DNA of 64,000 bases from the IMG/VR virus record IMGVR_UViG_3300031841_005424, positions 1 through 64,000 of that record; one strand, 5' to 3'. Both the position numbers and the translations under genes were made by a program. The stretch's first letter is position 1. Every line of letters begins with the position of its first letter. The DNA is from a virus. Below are positions 42,708 to 52,982 of the stretch, piece after piece. The notes beneath the pieces were generated by a model. That model did not search any database, had not been told where the DNA came from, and was given only the letters and a program-made list of their open reading frames with translations.

Positions 42708-45489
42708 GTCCTCTTAATCTCCCCGTAACATCTCTACCTATAACTAGAACTACTGCCTTATCTTGTGGCCTCGAATCGTCAATCTCAACTATCTCTCCTC
42801 TTACTAGGTTGTACCTAACGGCTCCTGAATTGATATTTTTACTCTTGTCAATAACTCCTGGGATGGAAGATCTAGTCGTTTCTTGATTTAGAATATAGTC
42901 ATTGGAAATCTGTCTCGCAAGGGTACTGTCCATAACTCTTTCACCAGTGAGGGGATCGGTCAAGCTTTCCAGTTGGTTGACATAATTAACTTGAGATACG
43001 TTGGGCAAATCCGTAGACAAGGGAGCAGGGTCGCCTGGGATTGCGTCATTACTAGGTCTTACCTTGTTTATAAAGTCGATAGTCCTTGGAGACATCTCGA
43101 CTCCTGATAGGCCCAATTGATCCCCAACTGGTGCGCCAAAGGAGCAATCAAGATCCGTGCTCAGCACACCATTGGAAAACGTGGTTTTCACTCCTAGTAC
43201 TGAATAATACCCGCCCAAACCTATCTTGAAGGCCGGGGAGTCAGTGTCGGTGGGCGAACCAAATCCAATATTATTGGGGTTTATAAATATTTGACTCCCC
43301 GGAAAAAACAAATTGTTTCCAATCATAGAGATGCTAGCCTGGTATGGCATTTTAAGTTCATCATACAATCCGACTTGATTTGTCATTAACTGCTCTTGTG
43401 CAAAAGGTACATCAAATCTACTAAAATTTATTTCTTTTATTAATCCTCGATTCTTTCCCAATAAGAAATGATAAATACCGTCTCTAGAATCCTTATCTTC
43501 ATTGCCGGCACGATCAGAGGCTAATTCTCTATCAACTTTTTGAAAAATGACAAAATAATCATTTTCGTCTGTTATCCCTAAAGCTCTAAAGTCTTTCTGA
43601 GGGCTGGGTACTGCTTCTGGATCAAGATCTGCACTCTTTGCTATGGCGCTCCTAAGTTGTGGACCAGTGTATGTCGCAGATACAAAGCTTGGGGGCGCTG
43701 ATATAATTTGAGGCGCTATTCCTACATTAGACCATGCTCTACCGAAAGCGTTTGGCAATAGAGTCGAAATACAGTCATTTAAAAACTGTGGTACCGTATA
43801 AGTGTTCCTATACGAGTTAATGATTTTGTCATACATGAATTCCTGGTATAGTTCCAATGACACTGGTATATCGGCTATATTTATTCTTGCCATTTCCTCA
43901 TCCCCTGATGAGGTGTGGTGCTTATATTCAATATCCGCCATGAACACTTTAAAAGTTGTCAGCTTCTTTATTGCTCCATTTATGACCGCTATTATTTTGT
44001 TTTTTTCATCCTCTGATTTTTTCGAAATAGCTAACAGATCCTTAAACTCGTTCTCTGTGACTTTTAAGGAGGTGGCGAGAGCTTTTCTAAATTGTTGATC
44101 TCTGTCTTGGATGTCTTTAGGGATCAATGGTAACTTTTTTAGCAATTGCGCCGACTCTTTGAGAGACTCTTTTGTCTTTAAAAAGAATGCCTCTATCAGA
44201 TCCCCGAACAAAACATAGTTTATTGTCCTGTTTGAATTATCCAGATCGTTTATCATTTTAGTTAATTCTTCGGATTTTCGGTTTTCATTTTCGATCTGGT
44301 CCTTTGGGGGTTCTTGCGACTTTCCTGTCAAACTAGTTGATGCTTCTGTGGGCGCCGTTGCCGTAGTGTCACCCATGACAGTGTATTCTAGCATCTTCAG
44401 ATCATTATCGGAAGTCTTTGTCACCAAAGAATGTATTTTGTTTTTAGACTCTAGAATTTCCATTATCTTTCTTATTTCTAGCGCCTTTTGTATTTGGCTC
44501 CTCCTTGAAGACCCTGGAGTCTCTGGCTTATCTTTCTTGTCTAGAGAGTCTGTGTTTTTACCCTCTGAGGAGAAAAGTTGCCTTATATTTGCCCTTTTCA
44601 ATAAATCAGTCGGAGTGTCTGTTGAGCTAAATATTTTATCTCTGGCTGTATTATTTATTCTAGCTGTATATTCTATATTTATCTCTGCAGATCCATCTTG
44701 TTTGACCTTGATGTCGTGCTTTATAACGTTCATGCGAAGGGCCAAATTTGAACTTTGGATCTCCCTTATTTCCTCTTGTGTGAACAAACTCAAACTTGAA
44801 GGAGGGATGCTGTACCCTAAAGTAGCTGCTACTTCAATAGGCCGCTCCAAATCACCAGACGTAACTGTTGCTCCATTAACTTCCTTTTTTTGTGCGCTCC
44901 TGGCAATAGAAATCGTAAATAAATCAGCTAATCTTGCATAACCAGGCTGTTTATCAAATATATTAGCCAAGTTATCCACATATAGTTGTAAATCCGCTTT
45001 CAAAAACCTTGGGGCTGTAAATGGATCTGTACCCAGGAAATCAACAGAAAAAGTTTTCACTCCCGAAGCCTTGAGTCGGCTACGCCCCTGTAGTGTCGCT
45101 GCTTCGTCACCCAAAGAAGATATAGGAAAAAAGAAAGGAGTATATATGTCGTCCTGCACCAAAAAAAACCTTATTTCTGGTACCAATGCAGTAATCTTGT
45201 GAGTCTCAAGATTAAAAAAATGTGCTTTTATAAGCTTTTCACCTGCAGAGTCCCTTGAGTTGTATATTTTAGACATAACTGACTCTGGACGATAGCTGCC
45301 AACCAGCCTATGGATAGAAGTAGCGTCACCGCCAGGAGACAAATCGCTTGACTTTAAACCTGAAGACGCCCCCTCTGTTGAAGCTCTTTCTCCGAAGCCC
45401 AATCCGCCTCCCGAAAAATGCAGAAACATAAGAAAAGCCTGCGGGTGGAAATGGTTTAAAATAAATTCTGATTTTTCTTTAACTGACAT
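42700..45489 (-). CDS. probable baseplate hub protein (gp27/VgrG-like)
   Basis: position after LysM/gp53-like gene; C-terminal YQASISMIGN...PG...GGYYSV hub-like motif. Confidence 0.55.
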   Translation of the reverse strand: MSVKEKSEFILNHFHPQAFLMFLHFSGGGLGFGERASTEGASSGLKSSDLSPGGDATSIHRLVGSYRPESVMSKIYNSRDSAGEKLIKAHFFNLETHKITALVPEIRFFLVQDDIYTPFFFPISSLGDEAATLQGRSRLKASGVKTFSVDFLGTDPFTAPRFLKADLQLYVDNLANIFDKQPGYARLADLFTISIARSAQKKEVNGATVTSGDLERPIEVAATLGYSIPPSSLSLFTQEEIREIQSSNLALRMNVIKHDIKVKQDGSAEINIEYTARINNTARDKIFSSTDTPTDLLKRANIRQLFSSEGKNTDSLDKKDKPETPGSSRRSQIQKALEIRKIMEILESKNKIHSLVTKTSDNDLKMLEYTVMGDTTATAPTEASTSLTGKSQEPPKDQIENENRKSEELTKMINDLDNSNRTINYVLFGDLIEAFFLKTKESLKESAQLLKKLPLIPKDIQDRDQQFRKALATSLKVTENEFKDLLAISKKSEDEKNKIIAVINGAIKKLTTFKVFMADIEYKHHTSSGDEEMARINIADIPVSLELYQEFMYDKIINSYRNTYTVPQFLNDCISTLLPNAFGRAWSNVGIAPQIISAPPSFVSATYTGPQLRSAIAKSADLDPEAVPSPQKDFRALGITDENDYFVIFQKVDRELASDRAGNEDKDSRDGIYHFLLGKNRGLIKEINFSRFDVPFAQEQLMTNQVGLYDELKMPYQASISMIGNNLFFPGSQIFINPNNIGFGSPTDTDSPAFKIGLGGYYSVLGVKTTFSNGVLSTDLDCSFGAPVGDQLGLSGVEMSPRTIDFINKVRPSNDAIPGDPAPLSTDLPNVSQVNYVNQLESLTDPLTGERVMDSTLARQISNDYILNQETTRSSIPGVIDKSKNINSGAVRYNLVRGEIVEIDDSRPQDKAVVLVIGRDVTGRLRGRG

Positions 45490-45490
45490 T

Positions 45491-45838
45491 CTATCTTTCT
45501 CTTGTGGCTATTCTCAATGCTACGTCTAACTCTTTTGGAATGTAAACAATATCTCCAATTTTGAAATGCGCATCAGTTGGCTTGTTATTATACCACGCAA
45601 TAATCCACCAATAATCAACATTTCCATAATATTCATAGGCAAACTTGTAAAGTTTATCTCCAGTCGAATAAATTCTTTGAATCGAAGTGAGGTTTTGCCT
45701 CAGTTCCTCCTCTGTTGGGTCTCCTGATGGCATTCTTGATAAAATTTTAGTAGTTTCTATGAATCGTCTATCGTGAACGGTATTTCTATGAAATTTATCA
45801 ATGATTTCAGTAAATCTGTATGTATTTCTACTGGTCAT
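45491..45838 (-). CDS. LysM/gp53-like baseplate wedge protein
   Basis: GDKLYKFAYEYYG...WWIIA..N...GDIVYIP. Confidence 0.8.
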   Translation of the reverse strand: MTSRNTYRFTEIIDKFHRNTVHDRRFIETTKILSRMPSGDPTEEELRQNLTSIQRIYSTGDKLYKFAYEYYGNVDYWWIIAWYNNKPTDAHFKIGDIVYIPKELDVALRIATRER

Positions 45839-45853
45839 AGTCTTGTTCCTGTA

Positions 45854-46555
45854 TTAGTCTGTTAGTAATCTATCAATATTTGCTGAGTTAAGCCTGGCAT
45901 TATCTCCTCCCTGGTTTGTTACAGATGTTGAAACTCGACCGGTCGAATAAGGGAATTCTTTAGTCAAAAATTCGGTTGTTTCTGCATCCCAGCCCAACGG
46001 AGATTCATGTTGAGGCACAAAATTAAAACTAATGTTAAACTTTTTAGGGTACAATTCTCCAGATCTTTCTACAAAATATCCCATTTCTTTATCTGGTTCA
46101 AAATTGACCCCTTCTATACAACCAAGTAAAGCGCCGCCAGCTGCACCGGCTGACTGGATCATATTCACAAATTTGACTCTTAGCAAAGGTGGGGCTTTGA
46201 TTGTTCTCCCTACGGATCCGCCAGAGCCATCAAGCGGAGCACTATATACGGGATACATCATCCTTACAAGTGTTTGAAACTTTTCCAAATTCTCTATAGC
46301 ACTAGTAAAATTTGGAGACAAAACGTCAAATGCCACTGATAAGCGACGAGTCGTATCCTGGTATGGTTTGATAGGATCATTTCTTCCGAAGATCTTCTCA
46401 CTACCCCAACCGACCTGATAAGTATCTCTGTATTCTGTTAAAAAAGCAGGAAATGCTACAGTTGTGTTTGTTGCAACATGAGTTAAAACTACTTCTTGAT
46501 TTTTACTCTTTGCAACATCATTAAAATTTGTAAAACTCATGTTTTTATCCTCCAA
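45854..46555 (-). CDS. tail tube initiator-like baseplate protein
   Basis: W...FGRNDPI..Y..T.R, PPL.RVKF; position after tape measure. Confidence 0.65.
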   Translation of the reverse strand: MEDKNMSFTNFNDVAKSKNQEVVLTHVATNTTVAFPAFLTEYRDTYQVGWGSEKIFGRNDPIKPYQDTTRRLSVAFDVLSPNFTSAIENLEKFQTLVRMMYPVYSAPLDGSGGSVGRTIKAPPLLRVKFVNMIQSAGAAGGALLGCIEGVNFEPDKEMGYFVERSGELYPKKFNISFNFVPQHESPLGWDAETTEFLTKEFPYSTGRVSTSVTNQGGDNARLNSANIDRLLTD

Positions 46556-46558
46556 ACA

Positions 46559-48142
46559 TTACTGTGGTCCGATTGTTATTTCGCCCTTGCCGTCGATTAT
46601 TTTAATGGTCATTCCTCCGAAAGCATTAGTTATCGCGTCAGTAATAGACCCAAGAACTTGTTGAGTAACTGTGATCTTTCCAATGTTCTCTTGCATCCCC
46701 TTGGCTATCGCCGCGCCGGCTGCGGCAGCGATAGTAGAATCCATTTTCGTAACGTTGTCTCTAACAAACTTGTCTATACTCGAGATCATGTTATTTGTCT
46801 TGGTCAAGACGCCAGCAATATTCACACGTTCAATAATTGGCCTTCCCTGATCATCCATTGCAACCTGGCCGGTAGCTTTAGCAGCTTGTGCCATAACTAT
46901 CGTAGGAATAGAAGCTCCTGCTTCGGATAATCCTTTAGTAAATTTATTTAAACCTTCAAGTGTTTTCTCCTCCATCTCGACACCTAATCTAAGCATCTGC
47001 AGCTGCATTGTCTCTAGTGGTGTTCTGGTTTTATTGATGGTATTTATCAAAAAATCCATGGTATCGCCGAGTTGTCTAGATTTGATCGTGTTGGGATCCG
47101 CAGCTTCGATTCTTGCCATGGCGCCCCTTTCGTCGAGGGCAAGGTCCCCTCTGAGGAATCTTCTTGTTTCTTCTACACTTCCGAACCCAAGAGACTTTTG
47201 AAGTGCCAAAATCTCGAACTTACCCATATCTTCAATACTGCGACCAGATTCCATGATCGCTGAGCGTACTCGAGTGGCGCGCTCTGTCTCTGTCATGGTC
47301 AACAACTCCATGCTGTTGAATGCAGACTTACCCAAAATCTGGTTTAATTGACCTGCCATTTGGGCTGATCCCCTAAAGGTATCAAGATTTTGACCAAAGA
47401 CATTCGTTAAAGCGCCGAAGCTGATTCCAGTGGTTGTCGACATCTTTTGCAGACCAATAAAATTATCCATCATCTGATCTGCAGAATAAGCAAAATCCTG
47501 CTGGGCTCTACGAAAGTTTTGCGCCAGCTCCCTTCCCGAGACTGGTATCTCCCTCTGGACATTGATAAGAGTAGAAGTGAGCGCGTCTATCTCTTGCTCA
47601 TTGCTGTTGAAAGCTAAGGCTGCAGAGTCAACGATTTTTGCAAATTCCCCTATATTGAATCCTGCTCGATCAAGAACAACTGATTGTTTCATCAATGATT
47701 CTTGAAAGTTTTCATTCGTAAAAGCCAAAACTTTTGTCGATGCTGCCCAATCTTGATTGATCCTGGCTCCAGCTTTAGCATTACCATTGAACAAGATGCT
47801 TGCCCTATTTGCCGCATCGATGGCCTTTGAAAAATCAAACATCTGGCCGGTGAAACCCTGTTGGAGATAGTTCTGAGTTGCCTTTGTGAGTTCTTGCGTC
47901 CTTTGTATCAAGGAATCAAATTGCTTATTGATCCGTTCCGTCGGCCTGAGTGCTTCCTCTATTGCTTCTGCGATATTTGTTACACTTTTGCCTATAGCTT
48001 GACGGACCTCTCCCGGTCTATCATCATCCCTGCCGGCGCCTAGGTCAATGCCGCGCTGCCTGAACACTTCTCGCAGGCGTCGAAGTTCGCCCTCATCTGC
48101 ATCCCGGACGGCTTGAACAATCTCGTTTATTTCTAATCCCAT
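46559..48142 (-). CDS. tape measure protein
   Basis: long helical A/Q/G-rich protein after tail chaperone genes. Confidence 0.7.
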   Translation of the reverse strand: MGLEINEIVQAVRDADEGELRRLREVFRQRGIDLGAGRDDDRPGEVRQAIGKSVTNIAEAIEEALRPTERINKQFDSLIQRTQELTKATQNYLQQGFTGQMFDFSKAIDAANRASILFNGNAKAGARINQDWAASTKVLAFTNENFQESLMKQSVVLDRAGFNIGEFAKIVDSAALAFNSNEQEIDALTSTLINVQREIPVSGRELAQNFRRAQQDFAYSADQMMDNFIGLQKMSTTTGISFGALTNVFGQNLDTFRGSAQMAGQLNQILGKSAFNSMELLTMTETERATRVRSAIMESGRSIEDMGKFEILALQKSLGFGSVEETRRFLRGDLALDERGAMARIEAADPNTIKSRQLGDTMDFLINTINKTRTPLETMQLQMLRLGVEMEEKTLEGLNKFTKGLSEAGASIPTIVMAQAAKATGQVAMDDQGRPIIERVNIAGVLTKTNNMISSIDKFVRDNVTKMDSTIAAAAGAAIAKGMQENIGKITVTQQVLGSITDAITNAFGGMTIKIIDGKGEITIGPQ

Positions 48143-48201
48143 ATACTGTGGATTCCCTTATGATCTCTCATATAGAATAAATAGGCAAGAAAAGAGTTTT
48201 A

Positions 48202-48370
48202 TTATTCTGGTTTCTGTTCAAAGTCTCGCACTAAGCGCTCGACAAACCATTCTCGTAGGCGAACTGGCAAACTATAAGCCTCTGTGAAAGACCAGTTTGC
48301 ATGCTTCATAAGTATGAAGATTGATTCGTAAGTAGATTTCTCAACATATTCTTTAGTTAGTCCAAAACCA
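48202..48370 (-). CDS. gp51-like tail/baseplate chaperone C-terminal segment (possibly reached by frameshift)
   Basis: FGLTKEY...WSFTEAYSLPVRLREWF; overlaps 3' end of upstream gene, no good SD. Confidence 0.55.
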
Positions 48371-49243
48371 GCCCACAGAAAAGGGCACCTCCTTTTCCGC
48401 TGTGGCAGAACATTCAGAACAAGCAACTTCTTGGCTCGTATCAAAGACTGGAATGTTGGTGTTATGGACTATCTTTATTTTTCTTGCATCTGCAGAAGGT
48501 AGAACTTCTGTTAATTTTGCTAAATCTGAAGGGTCTGTCTCTCCGTTGGCTGAGACGAGGACTCTTCTTAAGAATTCTATTGTGTCACTATGGGGCAAAG
48601 ATAATTTTTGCTTTTGTTCTTTTGATTTGGCCAAATAAGCAAAATCTTCATTGTTTAAGATTCGGATCACAACATTAAGCTTTGTGACAGGCAACTCAAA
48701 AGATAGCGTTCCGCTTGTCTTATCAAATGTCCAGTCATCTCCATCTTCTATAGTGAATTTTTCTGTTTTTGCCTTGTCCAACATATCAGATAAACTAATA
48801 TCAACTTCTCCGGTGTGACCACACTCTCCACAGTTGTGGATGATTGTTAGCTCGTCGCCATATCCTGTTTTTCTAGCTGCAGTCAATAAGGCAACCTTAT
48901 CACAATCAATAAAGTCTGAAGCTTTAACACCTGGTGTGATCAAAAGAGAGTCAATTAACTTATCAAACACAATACCTTGCTCGAGATAGCTATCATTTAT
49001 CATGATATCCTCTTCTTTAGCAGTCATCGCCTTAAGTTCGATAGTCTCAACACCTTTTAGGGGGCTGTCTTCACTATAGAAATTGCCGCCACTAGGCAAA
49101 TAAACTATTTCTGTTGCGACTGCAAAGGAAAGCCCAAATGGATTGGGCCTTTCTTGCGGAACTTCCGGTAAAACCGGTGTTGGGGTGGTGTTAATTGGTT
49201 CTTTTTGTCTAGGTACTCTATTGCGGTTGGTATTTCTTCCCAT
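48353..49243 (-). CDS. gp26-like baseplate hub / tail assembly chaperone
   Basis: LPSGG..Y, MTAKEEDI, AR..GYG, CxxC twice, ELPVT. Confidence 0.8.
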   Translation of the reverse strand: MGRNTNRNRVPRQKEPINTTPTPVLPEVPQERPNPFGLSFAVATEIVYLPSGGNFYSEDSPLKGVETIELKAMTAKEEDIMINDSYLEQGIVFDKLIDSLLITPGVKASDFIDCDKVALLTAARKTGYGDELTIIHNCGECGHTGEVDISLSDMLDKAKTEKFTIEDGDDWTFDKTSGTLSFELPVTKLNVVIRILNNEDFAYLAKSKEQKQKLSLPHSDTIEFLRRVLVSANGETDPSDLAKLTEVLPSADARKIKIVHNTNIPVFDTSQEVACSECSATAEKEVPFSVGWFWTN

Positions 49244-49277
49244 GCTTCCTCTTTAAATAAACTAAAACTCTGTATTA

Positions 49278-49865
49278 TTAACCCTCTGGGTTAAAACCAG
49301 CTCCAGCTTGGCTGTTGAAGGTCCAAAGTGTCGAGCCAGCGTAGTTGCCAGTAGCTGTGCGTCCCTCTAAAGTTGCGTAGTCATATTTGATGGTGACATC
49401 AATGTTCAACAATTCATCGGAACTATAATCTAGTGTATCAAAAGTTGCGGCAGTTATTAAGGGGTTTTTTATTACCCAAGTCTCAATAGGGGTTGTTCCA
49501 TCTGCAGAGAGCTGAGAGAGCTTTATCTCTGTTCCTAGAGCATCAACCATGCCTTGCTTGGAGATTGTAGCAGCTGCTGCCTCTGAATACTCACTTGGGA
49601 TGACATACCCAGAATTCTCTAGGATCTTGTAAAGGCTCTTTGTTGAATCGGGATCAACAGGATCAACAATCTTAATCTGTACCTCGTCCCATGTAACGCG
49701 GCCTGGATAATAAAACTCGTAGTTTAAGAACTGATGTGGTGTTGTTGCGACCTTGTAAGCCGGCTTCTTCACACTCTTGACTACAAACTGTGGTACGCCA
49801 GACCAATAAAGAAGCCACCTAAACTTTCTCTTTGGCTCGACTGTTTTTTCACTCCAAAATGCCAT
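49278..49865 (-). CDS. tail tube protein (gp19-like)
   Basis: EPKRKFRW, YPGRVTW, ETW, LDYSSDE, YDYA; follows sheath. Confidence 0.88.
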   Translation of the reverse strand: MAFWSEKTVEPKRKFRWLLYWSGVPQFVVKSVKKPAYKVATTPHQFLNYEFYYPGRVTWDEVQIKIVDPVDPDSTKSLYKILENSGYVIPSEYSEAAAATISKQGMVDALGTEIKLSQLSADGTTPIETWVIKNPLITAATFDTLDYSSDELLNIDVTIKYDYATLEGRTATGNYAGSTLWTFNSQAGAGFNPEG

Positions 49866-49907
49866 TATTTAAGTCTCCTATTAATATATATTATTCTCTA
49901 CGTTTTT

Positions 49908-52799
49908 TTAGTCCTCAAAAGAGGCTCCGGAGCGAGTTATAACAAAATCTACTGCGATAAACTCGATAGCGCGCGCTGGCTTCAAGAAAATCTTTGCGTA
50001 CATAATGTTTCTGTCGATAAGATCCGGAGTTGTCGTGGTTCTATCGAGCACCACTTTAAAGTCAGCCAAACCAAGGCGAGTCTTTACACTCTCGAGGAAA
50101 GGAACGACTTGGCCAGTGAATCGGTTCCATGTGGCCGGCAAGTTCTGGTCGAACAACAAGCCACTGGCAATTCTCGATACCTCTTTCTTAACGAAAATCA
50201 ACAAACGTCGAACATTGATACGATCCAGAGCCGATGGTGTCATTTGCAAGGTCTTCTGACCAAAGACAACCAAACCCTCTGAAACAAAAGAGGCAATTGG
50301 ATTAATATTCGCCTCATAAAGGGTGTCTCTTTGAGAAGAAAGCAGTTGCTCTGAAGCCTGTAGGACTGGCAATCCGGCATTACCCTCATTGAGGCCTCCT
50401 CGGTTGAAGCCAGCAGGAGCAAACCAAACTTCATCTCTCTGCTCGGTGTAACCCATGACACCCAGAGCAATAACCGAAGGTGGTGCCCAAACATCCCTAG
50501 AGTTAATCGTATCTCTGACCTTTACCCAAGGATAGTATGTGGCTCCGTAAGAAGAGTTGATCTGACGTGCCTTAAGTGCTTTTGCACTCTTTTCTGGGTT
50601 AGTATTATCAACCCTATCCTTAAATGTGCTGCAGCGCTGCTCATGAGGAGGAATATACACATCTGGAAGGTCAATGATTGCAAGAGCATCTGCTCTAGCT
50701 TCACAAGTTTGAATCAATTTCGTCGTAAGAGAAGCGTTTGTGATGCCAGGCATGGCTGCAAGGTTCATTTCAATTGCCTCTGGGTCTCTCACTAACTCAA
50801 TAGCTCTATCAATTGAGGCATGTGCGTAGCTGGTTCTAGTTGTCGAATCAGCATTTACTATTCTCATATTGAATGGGTCAGCCTCAGTGACATCCACCCC
50901 GTCAAAACCATGCGCTAATGGCATGGAGAAAGTAGATACAACACTTGCAAGTGCTGATGCAGAAGCGTTGCTTAAGGAAGTGTAAGCCGTTCCAGCACGT
51001 TGAGAGCCGCTAATAAATGCTACGCTTGTAGGCTGGAATGTACTTAAATCTGCAACGTTAGCTGTCGTAGTGCCGGTCAGGAAGACCTCATCCATCGAAA
51101 AGATATATGAATATTCACCTGTGGAAGCAATACCGCTAATCTGCTCATTCAAAATCGCACTGCTGTTCCAAGAGCTAGCCCTTCTTAAGTGGTCTTTCAT
51201 GCCCTTATTAACAACTGCGAAACTGCCCGTACCATTTGCATCCTTTAGATATTCGGTACTTCCGAGGATGTATTCGGATGCCAGGTCTGCACTTCTAGAG
51301 CCTGTCACAACGCGGGGACATTGTGGCCACTTCAAAGTCAGCGCTTTGCTCCCGTGAGCTGCCCCGAAGTTAATAGACTGGTTTAACCACTCACTCGCGC
51401 CGTCGAGAGTGCCAGCACCAGAACCGTCTAGCGTTTCTGTTACAGCAGTGGGTACGATAGGCCCAAAGAAACCGAAAGGCACTGAGGCTGGGTCAGTTGG
51501 CCCATTTTCACCGACAGCCTCAGACATTTCGACACGAATGTAACTAGACTGGTTCGGATAGTTGCCGTATACCTTGTTTCTCTTCTCTACTGCGTCCCAC
51601 TCAAAATACTGATCACCGATGCGGCGAGCAATAAAGTTGTTAGAGTTTGGATTAAGGTTTAAGTTTTCATAACTGTCAACAACATATATACGATCACCTC
51701 GGCGCTGTTCGACAACAACATCAAACCGACCATAAGAAGACGGGCTGCCGGGATCGGCAATCTTGATGTTTGCAATCTTAATATTCAGATCCATACCCTG
51801 CTCGCCCTCTTGAATTGCAATAAATCTAAAGAGCCTTTCAAGATTCTCGGGAGCAAAAGAACCTGTTGCACCATTATACTGCGGGATTACCCATCCAGAT
51901 CGAGCTGCAGCAAGTTGATGCTTATCGCTCTTGAAGTCTTCCATAGACTCGCTGAGCTTTGCTGCAAAGACAAACATAGCCAGAGTTCCGCCGGAAGTGG
52001 TAACTTCTTGAACTATTCTTTCATACTCCTCTTCAAATGTCTCACCGAGCCAATAGTCTTCCGCCAAAGAGCCAGAACTAGGAGCAATAACATTGCTGTT
52101 TGTGGCAACCGGGTTGGTATTGAGAACGTCTCTTATGAAATTTTTACCGTTACGGAACGAAACAGTCTTGTTTACCGTTTTAACCGGAGAGCTGTTATTC
52201 TTCAGAGCTATTGTAAACTGGTGACCGGAAGTAGAAACTGGCTGAACCTGTACTGAGGATCCTGCAGCCTTCGCGTAGGAGGAAGTAACAGTAGCTGGGT
52301 CTGAATAGAGTGCGCCGTTAACACCAAACTCGAAATTTGCATCATTAGTATAAACTATTGCTGCAAGTGATGCAGAGAGCGGACCACCGGAAGAACCACT
52401 TTGGCCTACAAACAGACCAAAAGCGTTTGTGGCTTCCCATCCTGCCTGACCTGCATCAGAAGCATCATCACCCTGAACGCCTGCAAGACGAATCACAGTT
52501 ACTGGTGAATCAATGTCTGCTTTTAGATAAGCCTGGGCAGCATAGGGCGCATAGGCTGGTGCCAATAATCCATTTCCATCTCTCCATGGATCCTGACCTT
52601 CATTACCAGGGATTGGCTCGCCAAAGACTTCAACAAACTCTTGGAACGATGATACCTTTACTGGTTTCATCGCGGGCCCTCTTCTAGTGCGACCTATTAT
52701 TACTGGTCCGACACCATCACGAATGGCTGGAAGCTGGCTATTATCAATCTCACTCAAGAAGACACCAGGCGAGACAAACTTAAATTTCTTTGCAGACAT
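49908..52799 (-). CDS. tail sheath protein (gp18-like)
   Basis: FVSPGV..EID, WFAPAGFNRG, INPI, GQKTL, LDRINVRRL, KPARAIEFI. Confidence 0.96.
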   Translation of the reverse strand: MSAKKFKFVSPGVFLSEIDNSQLPAIRDGVGPVIIGRTRRGPAMKPVKVSSFQEFVEVFGEPIPGNEGQDPWRDGNGLLAPAYAPYAAQAYLKADIDSPVTVIRLAGVQGDDASDAGQAGWEATNAFGLFVGQSGSSGGPLSASLAAIVYTNDANFEFGVNGALYSDPATVTSSYAKAAGSSVQVQPVSTSGHQFTIALKNNSSPVKTVNKTVSFRNGKNFIRDVLNTNPVATNSNVIAPSSGSLAEDYWLGETFEEEYERIVQEVTTSGGTLAMFVFAAKLSESMEDFKSDKHQLAAARSGWVIPQYNGATGSFAPENLERLFRFIAIQEGEQGMDLNIKIANIKIADPGSPSSYGRFDVVVEQRRGDRIYVVDSYENLNLNPNSNNFIARRIGDQYFEWDAVEKRNKVYGNYPNQSSYIRVEMSEAVGENGPTDPASVPFGFFGPIVPTAVTETLDGSGAGTLDGASEWLNQSINFGAAHGSKALTLKWPQCPRVVTGSRSADLASEYILGSTEYLKDANGTGSFAVVNKGMKDHLRRASSWNSSAILNEQISGIASTGEYSYIFSMDEVFLTGTTTANVADLSTFQPTSVAFISGSQRAGTAYTSLSNASASALASVVSTFSMPLAHGFDGVDVTEADPFNMRIVNADSTTRTSYAHASIDRAIELVRDPEAIEMNLAAMPGITNASLTTKLIQTCEARADALAIIDLPDVYIPPHEQRCSTFKDRVDNTNPEKSAKALKARQINSSYGATYYPWVKVRDTINSRDVWAPPSVIALGVMGYTEQRDEVWFAPAGFNRGGLNEGNAGLPVLQASEQLLSSQRDTLYEANINPIASFVSEGLVVFGQKTLQMTPSALDRINVRRLLIFVKKEVSRIASGLLFDQNLPATWNRFTGQVVPFLESVKTRLGLADFKVVLDRTTTTPDLIDRNIMYAKIFLKPARAIEFIAVDFVITRSGASFED

Positions 52800-52901
52800 A
52801 TTAACTAATCTCCTTAAAATCAGGCTTTTCCTTAAAATTAGGATTCATGTAAAAAGTAAAATATTACTTTAGTAAATAGTTGTACGTTTTTTCAAAAGAA
52901 T

Positions 52902-52939
52902 AAAAGAAAAGAAAAGAAAGCCCCGGCCGAAGCCGGGGC
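52902..52939 (-). terminator. intrinsic terminator
   Basis: GCCCCGGC-TTCG-GCCGGGGC (UUCG loop) then U-rich tail. Confidence 0.9.
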
Positions 52940-52982
52940 ATTTTGGGTGAGAAGTGTGAGGTAAATTTTGGTAAGTATTCTT

